A stretch of 64,000 bases of DNA, taken from NCBI RefSeq assembly GCF_035594765.1, contig NC_085846.1, positions 20,757,190 through 20,821,189 on the forward strand, written 5' to 3'. The notes below the pieces were generated by a model, which was not told where the DNA came from, did not search any database, and saw only the letters and a list, made by a program, of their open reading frames with translations. Shown one piece after another: positions 33,055 to 45,490 of this stretch; position 1 is the first letter of the stretch; every line of letters starts with the position of its first letter. The position numbers and the translations under genes were made by a program. The stretch is from Anolis carolinensis (lineage: Eukaryota).

Positions 33055-33768
33055 GGTGCCATCTACACTGAACATTTAACATAGTTTAAAGCTTCAAACT
33101 GTAGTGGCCAGACAATAAAATTCTCACACAAGCATGTGAAAGAAAGACCTTAATGCACATCAGGGTCCATTCAGATAGCTTACAAAATGTGTGAGCTCCC
33201 ACATTTTTACCTGGGGCATCCAAACGATGCCTCAGGTAAAAGTGAATTAATTTGGCACGTGGAAAGACCAGGATCTTTCAGAAGCCCTGGGTTTTTCCAG
33301 CTGTGAACCCTGTGTGAATTGGGCCCAGGGATCGTGGTGCATGACTTCCAGGCCTAATCCACACAGTTGTCTTGGGATTTCCAGGCCCCCGGAGCCTGGA
33401 AAACCCAAGACAGTCCCCACCCCCTCCCCAAATTCCCTTAAAAAGCCTTAAAAACTAAAAATTACTTACCCAGCCACCATTACTCTGCTGCCAGCCCTCT
33501 CCTGGCACATAGAAATGGTGTGCCAGGAGAAGGGGGGGAGCAGGAGCGATTTTCCTCCTTCCCCTCTTCTCTTGGTGTATCATTTCTAGGTGCCAGGAGA
33601 GGGCCGGCAGCAGAGTAATGGTGACTGGGTAAGTAATTTTTAGTTTTTAAGGCTTTTCTGGGGAGGTTTCTTACAGACTGGAACCATTACCTCTGCATAA
33701 AAAATTCACTTTCTTTGATATCAGTTTGAATTGAAATTGCATTAAATGGCCATTGGAGATGGGGCCTC
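33055..33768. mobile_element. Nested fold-back/Harbinger-type non-autonomous DNA elements with a large internal palindrome
   Basis: Outer ends ggtgccatctacactg / cattggagatggggcc. There is a hairpin at 33205-33241 and ~95-bp inverted arms spanning 33441-33657. Confidence 0.65.
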
Positions 33769-35678
33769 AAAGGGTCATTGAATCAATTTGTTCAGTCACT
33801 ATTCAACAATTCATACAATCATTTTACTCTAGTGTAAGAGTGTCAAACTCATTTTCATTAAGGGTCTCATCAGCCTTATGGTTTCTTTCAAAGAGCCATT
33901 GAATCCATGGATGGAGAATCCTTGGATACAGAGGGCCCACTATAATTTTGTACATAGTGGTCTGTGTTTGGGTCCTGAGATGTTATTGAACAACAACTCT
34001 CATGACTTTTGAATCATAGAGTGTTCCATCTACAACTTAAATCAACTGTGGGGTAGAGTTTTCATGGTCTAACCAGTCAAAGACATTTCAGGCCAGTTAG
34101 ACTATCACCTTTACCTTTCTTGTTGCTTCTGTTGCTCCCTCCACCATGACAGTGGCTACAGAACTCCAGAGTGCTCAATCCCTGGGTGCTTTTCCTGACA
34201 TCAGGAGGGCAACTGCAGCAACGTGTATAGTAGTGACTGTGAGGCCCCTGCTTACTCTTTCTCCTGGAATGTGGAATGAGATATGAGAGGTTTGTGCTTT
34301 GCTGTTAGAAGTAAAGTAGCAACCATAAGGACAAAGACCAAGATGGGATAGAGAGGCACCACTGACCTCCATTGTACAGCTATTGCTGTTTAGTAAAACC
34401 AACATATTGCCAAGAGCCAAGTTACCACCTCAGCAATTCTTCTCCTCTTGCTCTCAAGATCGGAGCCAAGTGGAAAAAAAAAATGGAAGTGGTGTTACAA
34501 TACCCCTTGGTGCTGTCCTAAACATGTCCAAGGATTTGGGTGTTATATTAGTGCAGAATAATATTCTACTACATAACTGGTGAACTTAGGGATCCAAACA
34601 GATGCATTAATAGCCATAAATGATGAGGCAACCCTCCCAATCAAAAGAAATGTAAATTCTGTAATGTTAGCCTTCAAACCTTTGAGATTGCTGGAGCAAT
34701 AACACGTAAACATCTGGATCCTTTTGCAGTTTATTGGGGATGTCACTGTGAATTGATTGTTTATTCCCTTGCTAGTGTCAGTCTTCAAATCCCTCTTGCA
34801 TTTGAAGTTGGGGAATACTACATCATCCAAGCTGTCAAGTGGAATTTAGTAATGAGAACTCACTAGGTTTATATAGACAGTGTTTTCCAGTAATATGAAA
34901 AGTCATGATAATCAAAGAAGGGCTTCACTTCATCAGAGATGCCTTATAATTTCTCCATGGTATGTGAGCATTCCCTTTTATATTTGATAATCCAATGACT
35001 CATCATCTTTGCCTCCCATTTTACATGAATTAAAAAGAGAAAAGGCTTCATGGGTCTCAGACAGGAAACCAAGAAGGTGCTCTGGAGTTACTATCTGTGA
35101 CATCTTGGACAGCATCCTTGGTAGATTAAATAAACAATAATCCATCATGAAGGTCTTCTCTTTTCACAAGCCACATTGAAATGGGCACTGTACATGAGTG
35201 TTGCCATCACTGTGGGATTCCATGGGCCAATTGCACAGTGGTTGCCATTTCAGGATTTTGTTTTGGCATATATTGAGTGACAGCATATATTTTTAAACTA
35301 TGTAAACTTTATGTAGAATTAAAATATGGTGATTGCATTTTGACTGTTGATCAGAGACAAAGCACATTAGAATCTAGAAGAGCTTGTGGCAACACTCGTC
35401 TTGTCTTTTTCTCCAAGGATCTTATAGCAATGCTGTGATTCAGGTTTTGTGAGAAAATATTGATTATCCTAGACATCCCCTAAATGAATGGGGATGCTAT
35501 GTCTAAGCTCAAGACTTAGGCCTGTCATTTTTAAAAACAGCTTTTGAAACTTTATCTAGGCCTTCAATGTTCCCATGTACATTTTCTTTTGAATTTCATT
35601 TCTACAGTGCAACTACTAAGGTATAGCTCACCATCCTTCAGGAGAGATAAAACAGGGATAAATAAATATAATTAGAAT

Positions 35679-35679
<1 letters not shown>

Positions 35680-35733
<54 letters not shown>
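35680..35733. repeat. (TTA)n microsatellite, probably the tail of a short L2 3' remnant
   Basis: About 18 units, preceded by ggagagataaaacagggataaataaa. Confidence 0.85.
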
Positions 35734-35734
<1 letters not shown>

Positions 35735-36031
35735 TGTGGAATCATTCTGTTTTTCTAAGGTCTCACTAATAGAAAATAGCTATCATATCGTTGGCCATCA
35801 ATGTAGTGGACAACGGGCTATTAATGTGGAAATAAATGCATGATTCAAGCAATGTGTACAAGGCTTCCATCACATTGATCTTGGAGATTGTTGGGAGCAG
35901 AAAGTGAGCTTTGGTATGAAAACTGATGTTCTTATGTGTGAAATGATCCTATTTGCTTGCATATCTTAATTCTACTAAAAATCTTGAAATTATAATTTTT
36001 TAATGATTTAAAGCATGTTATCCCAGAGAAA

Positions 36032-36973
36032 ATGGAGAATCATACAGAGATTACTCACTTCATACTGATGGGCCTAACAACTCAACAGGAGCTTCAGAAA
36101 CTTCTTTTTGCCCTCTTCTTATTCCTCTATTTAGTTACTCTCCTGGGCAATGGAACTATTGTATGTGTTGTGTGGACAGAGATGCAACTTCATACTCCTA
36201 TGTACTTCTTTCTCAGTAATCTCTCCTGCCTGGATATTTGCTATTCTACAGTTATCCTTCCTAAAATACTGTCTGGTTTATTTCTGGGCCATCAAATAAT
36301 ATCCTTTGCTGGATGCATTACTCAGCTCCATTTCTTCCATTTTCTAGGTAGCAGTGAAGCTCTTCTTCTAGCTGCCATGGCTTATGACCGCTATGTGGCT
36401 ATATGCAACCCACTGCACTATCCAGTCATCATGTCCAGACAGATATGTCTTCTACTGGCAGCTACCATTTGGAGCATCGGGTTCTTTCATGCTCTAATGC
36501 ATGCAATAATGACATCCCAAGTTCATTTTTGTGGCCCCAATGTCATTGAGCATTTCTTTTGTGACATTAAGCCACTACTGAGATTGGCCTGCAGCAACAC
36601 AAGAGTCAATCTCAGTCTTCTCAACATTGTCACAGGTTTACTTGTAATGGCTGCTTTTTTCTTTACACTCCTTTCCTACATCTACATTATCTCCTTCCTT
36701 ATACTGAAGGTCAAATCACATAGCAGAAGATGGAAGGCTTTCTCTACCTGTAGCACCCATCTCACAGTTGTATGTTTGTTCTATGTGCCAGTTTTGTTCA
36801 ACTACATCCCACCCTCTTCAGGAGACTCTCCACAGAAGGACATGATAGCCACTCTTATGTACAGTGTCATTACCTCTGTCTTAAATCCTTTGATCTATAC
36901 CCTAAGGAACCAGGATATGAAATCAGGCATTAGGAAAACTGTCCACAGAGTACTAATATCTATAAAGAGGTAA
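36032..36973 (+). CDS. Olfactory receptor, OR12D-like, 313 aa, intact
   Basis: Motifs MENHT, LHTPMYFFLSNLS, QLHFFHFLGSSEALLLAAMAYDRYVAIC, HFFCDIKPLLRLAC, KAFSTCSTHL, LNPLIYTLRN. Confidence 0.95.
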   Translation: MENHTEITHFILMGLTTQQELQKLLFALFLFLYLVTLLGNGTIVCVVWTEMQLHTPMYFFLSNLSCLDICYSTVILPKILSGLFLGHQIISFAGCITQLHFFHFLGSSEALLLAAMAYDRYVAICNPLHYPVIMSRQICLLLAATIWSIGFFHALMHAIMTSQVHFCGPNVIEHFFCDIKPLLRLACSNTRVNLSLLNIVTGLLVMAAFFFTLLSYIYIISFLILKVKSHSRRWKAFSTCSTHLTVVCLFYVPVLFNYIPPSSGDSPQKDMIATLMYSVITSVLNPLIYTLRNQDMKSGIRKTVHRVLISIKR

Positions 36974-37107
36974 GCAACATCGTGAAATCCACTTCATAGT
37001 TTGGAGTGCTCTTCTTGGTGTGCATCAATATTTTGGTTTTTAGAATGTGAAGATGGATATGATAATTTTTCATTCCCACCCACAAGAATTATGACATTAT
37101 GGTTCTT

Positions 37108-37306
37108 TGTGTTGTCAAAGGCTTTCATGGCCAGAATCACAGGGTTGTTGTGTGTTTTCCAAGCTGTATGGCCATGTTCCAGAAGTATTCTCTCCTGACA
37201 ATATACTTCACAACCTCTCAGGATGCCTGCCATAGATGTGGGTGAAACGTCAGGAAAGAATACTTCTGGAACATGGCCATACAGCCCGTAAAAAATGCAA
37301 CAACCC
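37108..37306. mobile_element. Inverted pair of Penelope-like terminal fragments
   Basis: A minus copy at 37108-37199 and a plus copy at 37205-37306 with complementary ~57-bp arms. A hammerhead motif lies at 37214-37254. Confidence 0.8.
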
Positions 37307-38184
37307 CATTAAGGTTCTTTTTCACAAGATTCATTTATATGTGATAGTTTGTGAGACATTCTGTTTGTAGAAATTGGACTTACTTGGCTGCAAGTTGGGT
37401 CTAGATCTATCAATTTGCAAACTGTATTGTTTTCCAAGAGGGGATGAATGGGAGAATTCAGCAACATATTTTGGAGCTGACATAACTATTTCCCTATTGC
37501 TATTATTGGGAGGAATGGATTTTTAAAAACTCTTTTTATATAGACTGTGTGAGTTTGCAAGGTTTCAGTTCAGGTAGTGAACCCATTACTTCACCCTCCC
37601 CAATCACACTTTGGATTATACTTGTTATTTAACTTTACAATTGATCAATTGAAATCAGTGTGATGTAAGGTTGTAATATATACCAACAAATGAAAACATG
37701 GATTATGATGGATATATTCAAATGATAATCATTTATTTTTATGTGTAATATTTAGAATTGATCTTTGATATATATAACTATTTTCCTGTTTAGAAGGATT
37801 ACACTTTCAGAACTTATAAGACCCATTGATTTCAGTGTACTTATTTAAGGTGTAACATATAATCTAATTGAACTGCATTAAGAAGCAACACATTTAAATT
37901 GCCCTATGGTCATCATATCTTTATTAAATATTTTTAATTTTTAATTTGTTCGATTAACAATAAAAAAATCTCTACTTAAGATATACAAACATACACTATT
38001 GCACTTTGAAACTTTAATATAAAGGTATATCTATTTCTGTATGCATTCCTAATGTGTGTGAGAGATGTGTGTATGTTTGTGTATGGAATTCAAATCTTTC
38101 TCACAGCAAAAAGAAAATTGTGAATATTATTCACTACTTTCTTTGAGAAGAAAGTTAGTTAAGAAGTATGTCCCTACTATAGGG

Positions 38185-38841
38185 AGTGGTCAACGCCCCT
38201 CTTTAAGCAGCTCCACTGGCTACCAATAAGTTTCCGGGCCCAATTCAAGGTGCAGGTTATTACCTAGCAGGACCTGCTTATCTCCGTGACTGCCTCCTCC
38301 CCTATGAACCCACGCGGGCCTTGAGATCTTCTGGGGAGGCCCTCCTCTCACTCCCACCCCCGTCTCAGGCGCGGTTGGTGGGGACGAGAGAGAGGGCCTT
38401 CTCGGTGGTGGCCCCTCGGCTCAAGAATTCCCTCCCCAGGGAGATCAGGCTGGCACCCTCACTGTCCATCCTTAGAAAGGACCTTAAAACATGGTTATTT
38501 CGATGTGCATTCTAATAAATAGTCCCGGTTAGTTATTAGTGGCCACAACTACTCCACTTTATCACACCCCACTGTTATTGATTGAACTCTGTAATGAGAT
38601 CCTTAATTCCCTTTTGTAGAGTCTGCTGAATTTTATCTTACAGTTTGTATATTTTGTTCAGACTCTAATGTTCTAATGTTTTATGTTGATATTTTATGCT
38701 GGTTTGTATGATTATACTATTTTACCTGTTTTACATTGGTTTAATTATGATGTATTTTATTATATTTTGGAACTGGGCTTGTCCCCATGTGAGCTGCCCC
38801 GAGTCCCCCCTGGGGAGATGGGAGTGGGATATAAAAATAAA

Positions 38842-38878
<37 letters not shown>
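38185..38878 (+). mobile_element. 5'-truncated L2 copy related to the intact element
   Basis: LHWLP..RSSGEALLSLPPPSQARLVGTRERAFSVVAPRL matches the ORF2 C-terminus. It has the same 3' stem-loop and (TTA)n tail. Confidence 0.9.
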
Positions 38879-38879
<1 letters not shown>

Positions 38880-39289
38880 TGCTGTCACAGAGGATAGGGG
38901 CAAACCCAATAGTTTTAAAATATGTGACTGTAGATTTCTGCAAAGTAAACCGTATTTTCTGCATGGGAGGGGAGACGACAACATTTTCTTCATGGAAGCA
39001 ATATTTCAACAGAAAATTCTGTAATTGGGATTTTCTTTCACTTAACATTCATATGAAGTTGTTTTGCACAGAAAACAGCATTTTGTGCATTAATTCAAGC
39101 ACAGAAAATGCTGTTTTCAATATATTTAGAAAATTAAAATCCTATTGAAACCTGAATATTCTCTTCTTAGACCATTGTTTGATAAAAATGAGAAGAAATG
39201 TGGATGAATTCTTCCATATATGATAACTGCAGCTAGATTGCTGTATGCAGAGATATGGAAAGATATGGTTTTACCTACATGAACTGACT

Positions 39290-39441
39290 TGTTTTAATGG
39301 TTGAATTTTTAACTGTGAATTTTTAATGCTGTTTATATTTAATTCTGTTTTAATGTTTGCATATTTATATATTTTAATTATATGCAATTTTTTATGTTAA
39401 GCCACTTTGAGTCTCGTTCAGGAAAGATAAAGCAGGGTATA

Positions 39442-39486
<45 letters not shown>
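39290..39486 (+). mobile_element. L2-type 3' end with (AAT)n tail
   Basis: T-rich UTR, taagccactttgagtctc..aagcagggtataaat, then (AAT)n. Confidence 0.65.
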
Positions 39487-39487
<1 letters not shown>

Positions 39488-40269
39488 TGCTGAAATTGGA
39501 AAATTGATAACTTTAATTAATGAAAGCAGTGGACAACTATAAAAAGAACAGAATTTAGTGAATATATGAGAACAAAATAGTTTTTTTAATTTTGATTGAC
39601 AGTTAAATTCATTAATAAATAAACATAATTTAAAGTAGTAATAGTTGATAATTTACAATTATAAACTGGCAAGTGGGAAGTCATACATACTCCTATGTTA
39701 TTTAGGGGGATTTTTGTATGTAATTGCAATAGTAAAAGTTATTAAAATTGTATTACTAAATTGTTAATGTTTCCCTTTTTGTTATTTTTCCATTGTATAT
39801 GTAGTTTATACTTTTAGTATGGTGGTATTTTGCTTGGGGATAACTATACAGTTGTTGTGGATATCTTCTCAATCTTAACTCCTATGGCTGGATTCTTGAT
39901 CTGCACTTTCCTCAGAAAATGCTACACTATTTTGCTGAAGCTTGAAGGAAGATAAGAAAGAATTAAAAGGGTAAATTTTCTGTGGTTGAATCCCATTAAA
40001 GTGAACTATTACAGGTCTCATTGATTACAGTAGTGGTGAGTATAGGACATTATACTGGAAATGTTTCCATATTTCTCTACCTGAAATACTAGGGGAAACT
40101 CTACTTTGGCCAAAAGTCTTACCCCTACAGAAATTCTATAGGTTTCTACAAAACTGGAGGTCATAAAAATTCAAAATTGTATGTTGGTCTAACAATTTTG
40201 AGTTCTAGATCCAAAAATTACCTCAGATTTGCTCCATTAAGTATACTTTTTCCTCAAATCATTTTTATG

Positions 40270-40760
40270 GCCCAGCTCACCTGTCCGAATGTATCTCCCT
40301 CTATGAACCACCTCGTAGGTTAAGATCTTCTGAGGAGGCCCTACTCTCAGTCCCACCTCCTTCACAGGTGTGGTTGGTGGGAAAGAGGGACAGGGCCTTC
40401 TCAGTGGTGGCCCCTTGGCTGTGGCACCCCCTTCCCAGCAAAATTAGATCAGCTCCCTCCCTTCTGAAATTGAAAATGTGGATGTGGGAGCAAACCTTTG
40501 AACAATAACTCCGTGCAATAAATAAATATGGAATAAATACAATTTTGACTGGAATGGCTCCTGGACTATGATTTTGGGTTGTATGGTTTTAATTATTAGT
40601 TTTAATATTTAGATGTTTTTAACTTTTTGGTTTTTAATGTATATGTTTTTATGTGTATGTCTGTTTATGCAGCATCAAATTGTTGCCTATTTGTATGCCT
40701 CTCTGAGGTCCTCTTCAGGGTGAGAAGGGCGAAGTATAAATAAAGTAAATGAATAAATAA
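40270..40760 (+). mobile_element. 5'-truncated L2 3' fragment
   Basis: YEPPRRLRSSEEALLSVPPPSQVWLVGKRDRAFSVVAPWLW, followed by a 3' stem-loop and (TAAA)n. Confidence 0.85.
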
Positions 40761-41923
40761 ATTTATAAATATGTGTCTAAATAAATGAAGTAAGTGCTAA
40801 AATAATTAATGAATTTTTTGAAAGAGATGTGTGTTATATTTTATTGTTTTTATTCAGCACCCAAAGATACGCAAAAATCTACTACAATATTCAAAAAATA
40901 TTCTTCACTCCAGCCGGATACATATACATATATTGATATGCATTTTTCCAGTGACAATAATTTGATCATTAGATTGCACATATAAGGTCAAAATAAATAT
41001 CATAAGTCATTTAGTAACACTTTAACAACTTTGGATATAGAAGATTTCTCTGCTGTCTTCCCTCAGAAAACAAGTTCAGGTCCAATGATATGATTACCAT
41101 GTTTCTGGGGTTTTCTTGCTCTCTGTATGGTCATTTGATTACCTTTTATCTACGATTTCCTCATCATTCCACTAAATTCACATTGTACCTACAATTTATT
41201 TGTATAGACAAGCCCTATAGTACAACTAAATTCAGGACTTCACCATGTCCCTTTTCTTTCTAAGCAAAAGGCAAGATTCTGCTTGCTTTCATTTCACATA
41301 TGATATGGTATCCCTCCAAACATAATGGAGATGTGCCTGGTTACTCTTCTCTCCCTGAGAGATGAGAAATAGTAATTGGAAAGGTTTCTCTCCAATTATT
41401 GGGGTCAAAGTAATTATCTTCCACTAGTTTGGTCTTCAAAACAAAACACCTCTTACTTAACTTCTGGATGCTTTATTGGACATTGAAGGGCATTGACTAC
41501 ATCCATGGGAATTTTTAAAAAGTAGGTGTAATATACCAATGCCCTCAAACTATGCAGAGAAGCTATAGCTCTCATGTTCATAGATAAAGCCTTTTGTCTA
41601 GCCCAGAATAGGAAAAAATAAGATAAGATTCTGGTGTTTGTGCTTCGGAAACTGTACAGAATATTGTTCTGAAGGCAACCCTATCATAAGTTTTTCAAGA
41701 CAAATTTTATCCAGAGAAGATTTTCTATGGCATTACTAAGAGGGTATGACTTTAAAACAATTTATTAAGAATTCTTAATTTGGTTTCTTCCCAGAGAACA
41801 ACACTCATATCACTGCACCATGGTGGCTCTCACTGTACAAGATACTTCTAGTATTTACCATGTTAACTCACTGAGTCAGCTAAATAACTCATCTAATGTT
41901 ACAATTCTGAGTTGAGGATTCAA

Positions 41924-42850
41924 TTAGTTTCTGTTGAGCCTTACAAATTTCTTAAATTCATCTTTCACTTCTTTGTTCCTTAGACAGTAGATAATGGGAT
42001 TGAGAACAGGAGTGATCACAGTGTATTGTACAGCTATAATTTTGTCAACGTCCAAGTACATGGATATAGGTCTGACATAGGTGTAGATTGCTGAGCTGTA
42101 GAAAAGAGTCACCACCATAACATGGGAAGAGCAGGTAGAGAAAGCCTTCTTTTTCCCTTGTACAGAAGGTATCTTCAGGATGGAGGAAACAATGTAGACA
42201 TAGGAGACTAGAGTCAATAAGAAGCAACCAAATCCCAAGAAGATATCTGTCACCAGCATTAGGTATCGGTTGAATGTTGTGTCAGTACAAGAAAGTAGTA
42301 GCAGAGGAGGTAATTCACAAAAAAAGTGATTGATAGTCCTAGGTCCACAGAAGGATAAGCGCAGGAGGGAAAGAATATGAATGTTTGCAAGGAGAACACC
42401 ACATACCCATATCACAATCACCAAATAATTACAGACTTTCCTGTTCATTATAACAGTGTAACGTAAAGGATGACAGATGGCTACATAGCGATCAAAGGCC
42501 ATTACAACCAGTAGTAAGAGCTCAGAGCCTAGGAAAATGACAAAAAAATATGCCTGCGTGAAGCAGCCTTGCACAGAGATGGTCTTCTTGTTCATTAAAT
42601 TCCTCAGCGTCGGGGGAACAATTACAGTGATACAGCAAATGTCCAAAAGAGAGAGGTTGACCAAGAAAAAATACATGGGCGTATGAAGAGTAGAACACAG
42701 TCTAATTATTGTGATAATAGAAATGTTACCTGCCAGAGCTGCAGTATAAGCTGATCCAAAGGCTACAAATAGAATAAACTGTGCTGAGGAGATGGTAGAA
42801 AAACCTATTAAAATAAATTCTGTCACAGTGCTTTGATTCTTTATTTCCAT
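41924..42850 (-). CDS. Olfactory receptor, class II (OR13A/13G/5V-like), 308 aa, intact
   Basis: Motifs [70 protein letters not shown]. Confidence 0.95.
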   Translation of the reverse strand: MEIKNQSTVTEFILIGFSTISSAQFILFVAFGSAYTAALAGNISIITIIRLCSTLHTPMYFFLVNLSLLDICCITVIVPPTLRNLMNKKTISVQGCFTQAYFFVIFLGSELLLLVVMAFDRYVAICHPLRYTVIMNRKVCNYLVIVIWVCGVLLANIHILSLLRLSFCGPRTINHFFCELPPLLLLSCTDTTFNRYLMLVTDIFLGFGCFLLTLVSYVYIVSSILKIPSVQGKKKAFSTCSSHVMVVTLFYSSAIYTYVRPISMYLDVDKIIAVQYTVITPVLNPIIYCLRNKEVKDEFKKFVRLNRN

Positions 42851-45490
42851 CTCTATATACAGTTTTGTTCATACTAGGAGAATAAACTCTGATTTGAAAG
42901 GTTAGCTGATAAAAGTATTTGTCATCCTAGGAGAAGACCACCTGGCGATGAAAATGTCTTATTCTGCGAGGTGCTGCAAATGAAGAAGATACTTCAACTA
43001 AATCATGAAAGCATGCATTGGTTGTAGAATGTGCATGGATTGTGCAATAACTTCCAAAGTGCATGATTTAATGTCACTTTCATTTCAATCAAGACTGCTG
43101 AACATTTTGGTGATGAAAGCTAATGAGAAAATGTCTCATTCAATCCCATCCCCCATCCAGAAATTGAATTGATAACTAGCATGCCCACTGTAAAGAATAA
43201 GAGCAGGTTATGTGATACACACAAGTCTATCCTCCAACAGAAAACAAACACTTGTGGATTACAGAAGGAATAAGCAGAGGACTACCACAGTTGCTTCCAG
43301 GTGCCTCAGTCTGCCCCATTTTTTGGGTCAATCTTGGTTAGCAAAAAACTCATTTTTTGGGATGCTATCAAGCATTTTGATAAACTGTTGAATCAACATG
43401 ATAAAGAACTATTTTGTTAAATATTATGCTGTGTATGGGTGGCCAGGACATGAAATACATCCTTCATCCCCCCCCCCCCCCTGTTAAATCAGTGTTAGTG
43501 ACTTCAAGGGCCAAAACTGAACTTGCCATACCAATTCATCCTCATATTCCCGTAAAGAATGGATTAAATTGCAGAAATTGGTCTTTGTTCATTAGCTCCA
43601 GCCAAAGATATTTGGGATCAAAATGAAATAAATTAAGTGCTCTCCTCAAATTGCACCAAAGTGACTCTGTAATTTTCAAAGGGTACATTTACACTGTAGA
43701 ATTAATAGTTTGACACTATTTTAATTGCCATGGTTCAATGTTATGGAATTATGGGAGTCACAGTTTGAGGAGATATCAGCATTCTATAATAGAAAAAACT
43801 GAAGACCTTGTAAAACTACGGCACCCATGATTCCACAGCATTCAGCCATGTCAATTAAAGCAGTATCAGCCTGCATTAATTCTACAGTACAGCTGCACTC
43901 CGGAATTTCATGAATACTTTAAGGATTCAGAGGGACACAGCAGTGATAGTGGAGAAGGTGATGCAGCACCACAAGCAGTTTGAGGACCCCAGATCTTGGG
44001 AATGGGAAATCCATTTGGGATCTTAACCAGAGCTCTTCCTACTGCTGCTTCAGTACTGCTGATGGCAATACTGCCCATTTTTCAAGCAAAGAAAATATCA
44101 AAGTGGAATAGGAGAAAGGCTGGTGTGTTTTTTTTAAGATGGTTTTACTTCCTTTTTTTGAAAGCAATGCAGAAGAAACTAATGCTAGACAGCCCCTATG
44201 TTTTCATTACTTGTGAAAGCAGAAGCTGTAGCAGTACTCAGGGCTTCCAGGGGTGGCTTGAAAGCCAACATTTACTATCATAGATTGGGACGAGACCACA
44301 AAGGATACCCAGTCCAACCCGCTGCTTTTTGACACCAATAGATGATAAAGTTCTAAATAAATCCACTCACTCCTCACAAATGTTAGTCAGCCTCTGCCAG
44401 CAATTAAGATACTAATCAGTTGTCATTACAATTTCCACTCACCTCTACATTATTTTCTCAGGCATCCTTATTTAGAAGTCAGTTTTGATGATGTTCATTT
44501 TTTCCAGCTTGGAACCTGTTTGGAATTATAGCCACAGAAGTGTTTCACAGAAGTGTTTCAATACTGTTGGTATTGTTATGTGCCCTCAAGTTATTTCTAA
44601 TTGATGGCAACCCTAGGGTATACCTATGATTTTCCTAGCAAGATTTCTTTAGAAGCCACTTATCTTTACATACCACTGTTTCTGGGAGAGTATGGCTTAC
44701 CCACTATGATATGAAAGAGCAAAACTCTTTAAATCCTTTTGCAGCTTATATCTCTTCAGTCAATTTGCAAAGTTGACCTATACAAGGCTGAATATGCAAG
44801 AAAAAATGAAAAACTTTTAATCTGAGTTTACCAAACTTGTAAATATCTTCCAATCTATTAAAGATAAATAACAGTTTTTCCCAGTACTTACAACTCTTCT
44901 GATGTGACATCAAGAAGCATTGTCAGAATGTTGCTTTCCAGACACAATTTTACTCTCATGATTCATGTCCCAGGTGAAATCTGAATCCCATTCTAGATAA
45001 ACTAGGGTAGGCTGATTGAACACACATGAGAGTGTAAGTGAAATGCACACAGAGTAATTTTAGTGTGTGCATTTTAGCACCTTTTTACAAGTAAAGTTAT
45101 GGAACACAAAGTTTGTTCCCAAAGGTCCAGGACAATTAATCTACTAGCTCAGTCACAACTAAGGGTTTTGTAGTCCAAAAATGAGTTCTATTTTCAGCTC
45201 CTGGGGACTACTTTACATTTGATTTGACATATTTGTGGGTTATTATCTTCTGTGAACAGAAGATTTTTTATTATTATGTGGAAGAGAGAAATGTGGGCAT
45301 ATAGCAGGGAAATGTCACAATCATTAACTATAACAGTTAGCTATAAATCTTAAAGTAGAAACTGGACCTACATCCAGATTTTATTTAAATTGAAATCCCA
45401 TCAGGCAGCATACCCCAAGGAATTACGATATTTTGAAGACCATCATGATTTGGAAAGTTACACCAAATTAGTGAAAGTCACTCTTCACAA

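Noticed and set aside
34175-34830. OR-like snippets ANITEFTFLLIG and LGNMLVLL on the minus strand
   Set aside because: The spacing is inconsistent and there are no PMY, DRY or other diagnostic motifs, so a pseudogene call cannot be supported.
38683-39148. Poly-Ile/Leu/Asn ORFs (also 60784-61146)
   Set aside because: These are translations of (TTA)n LINE tails.
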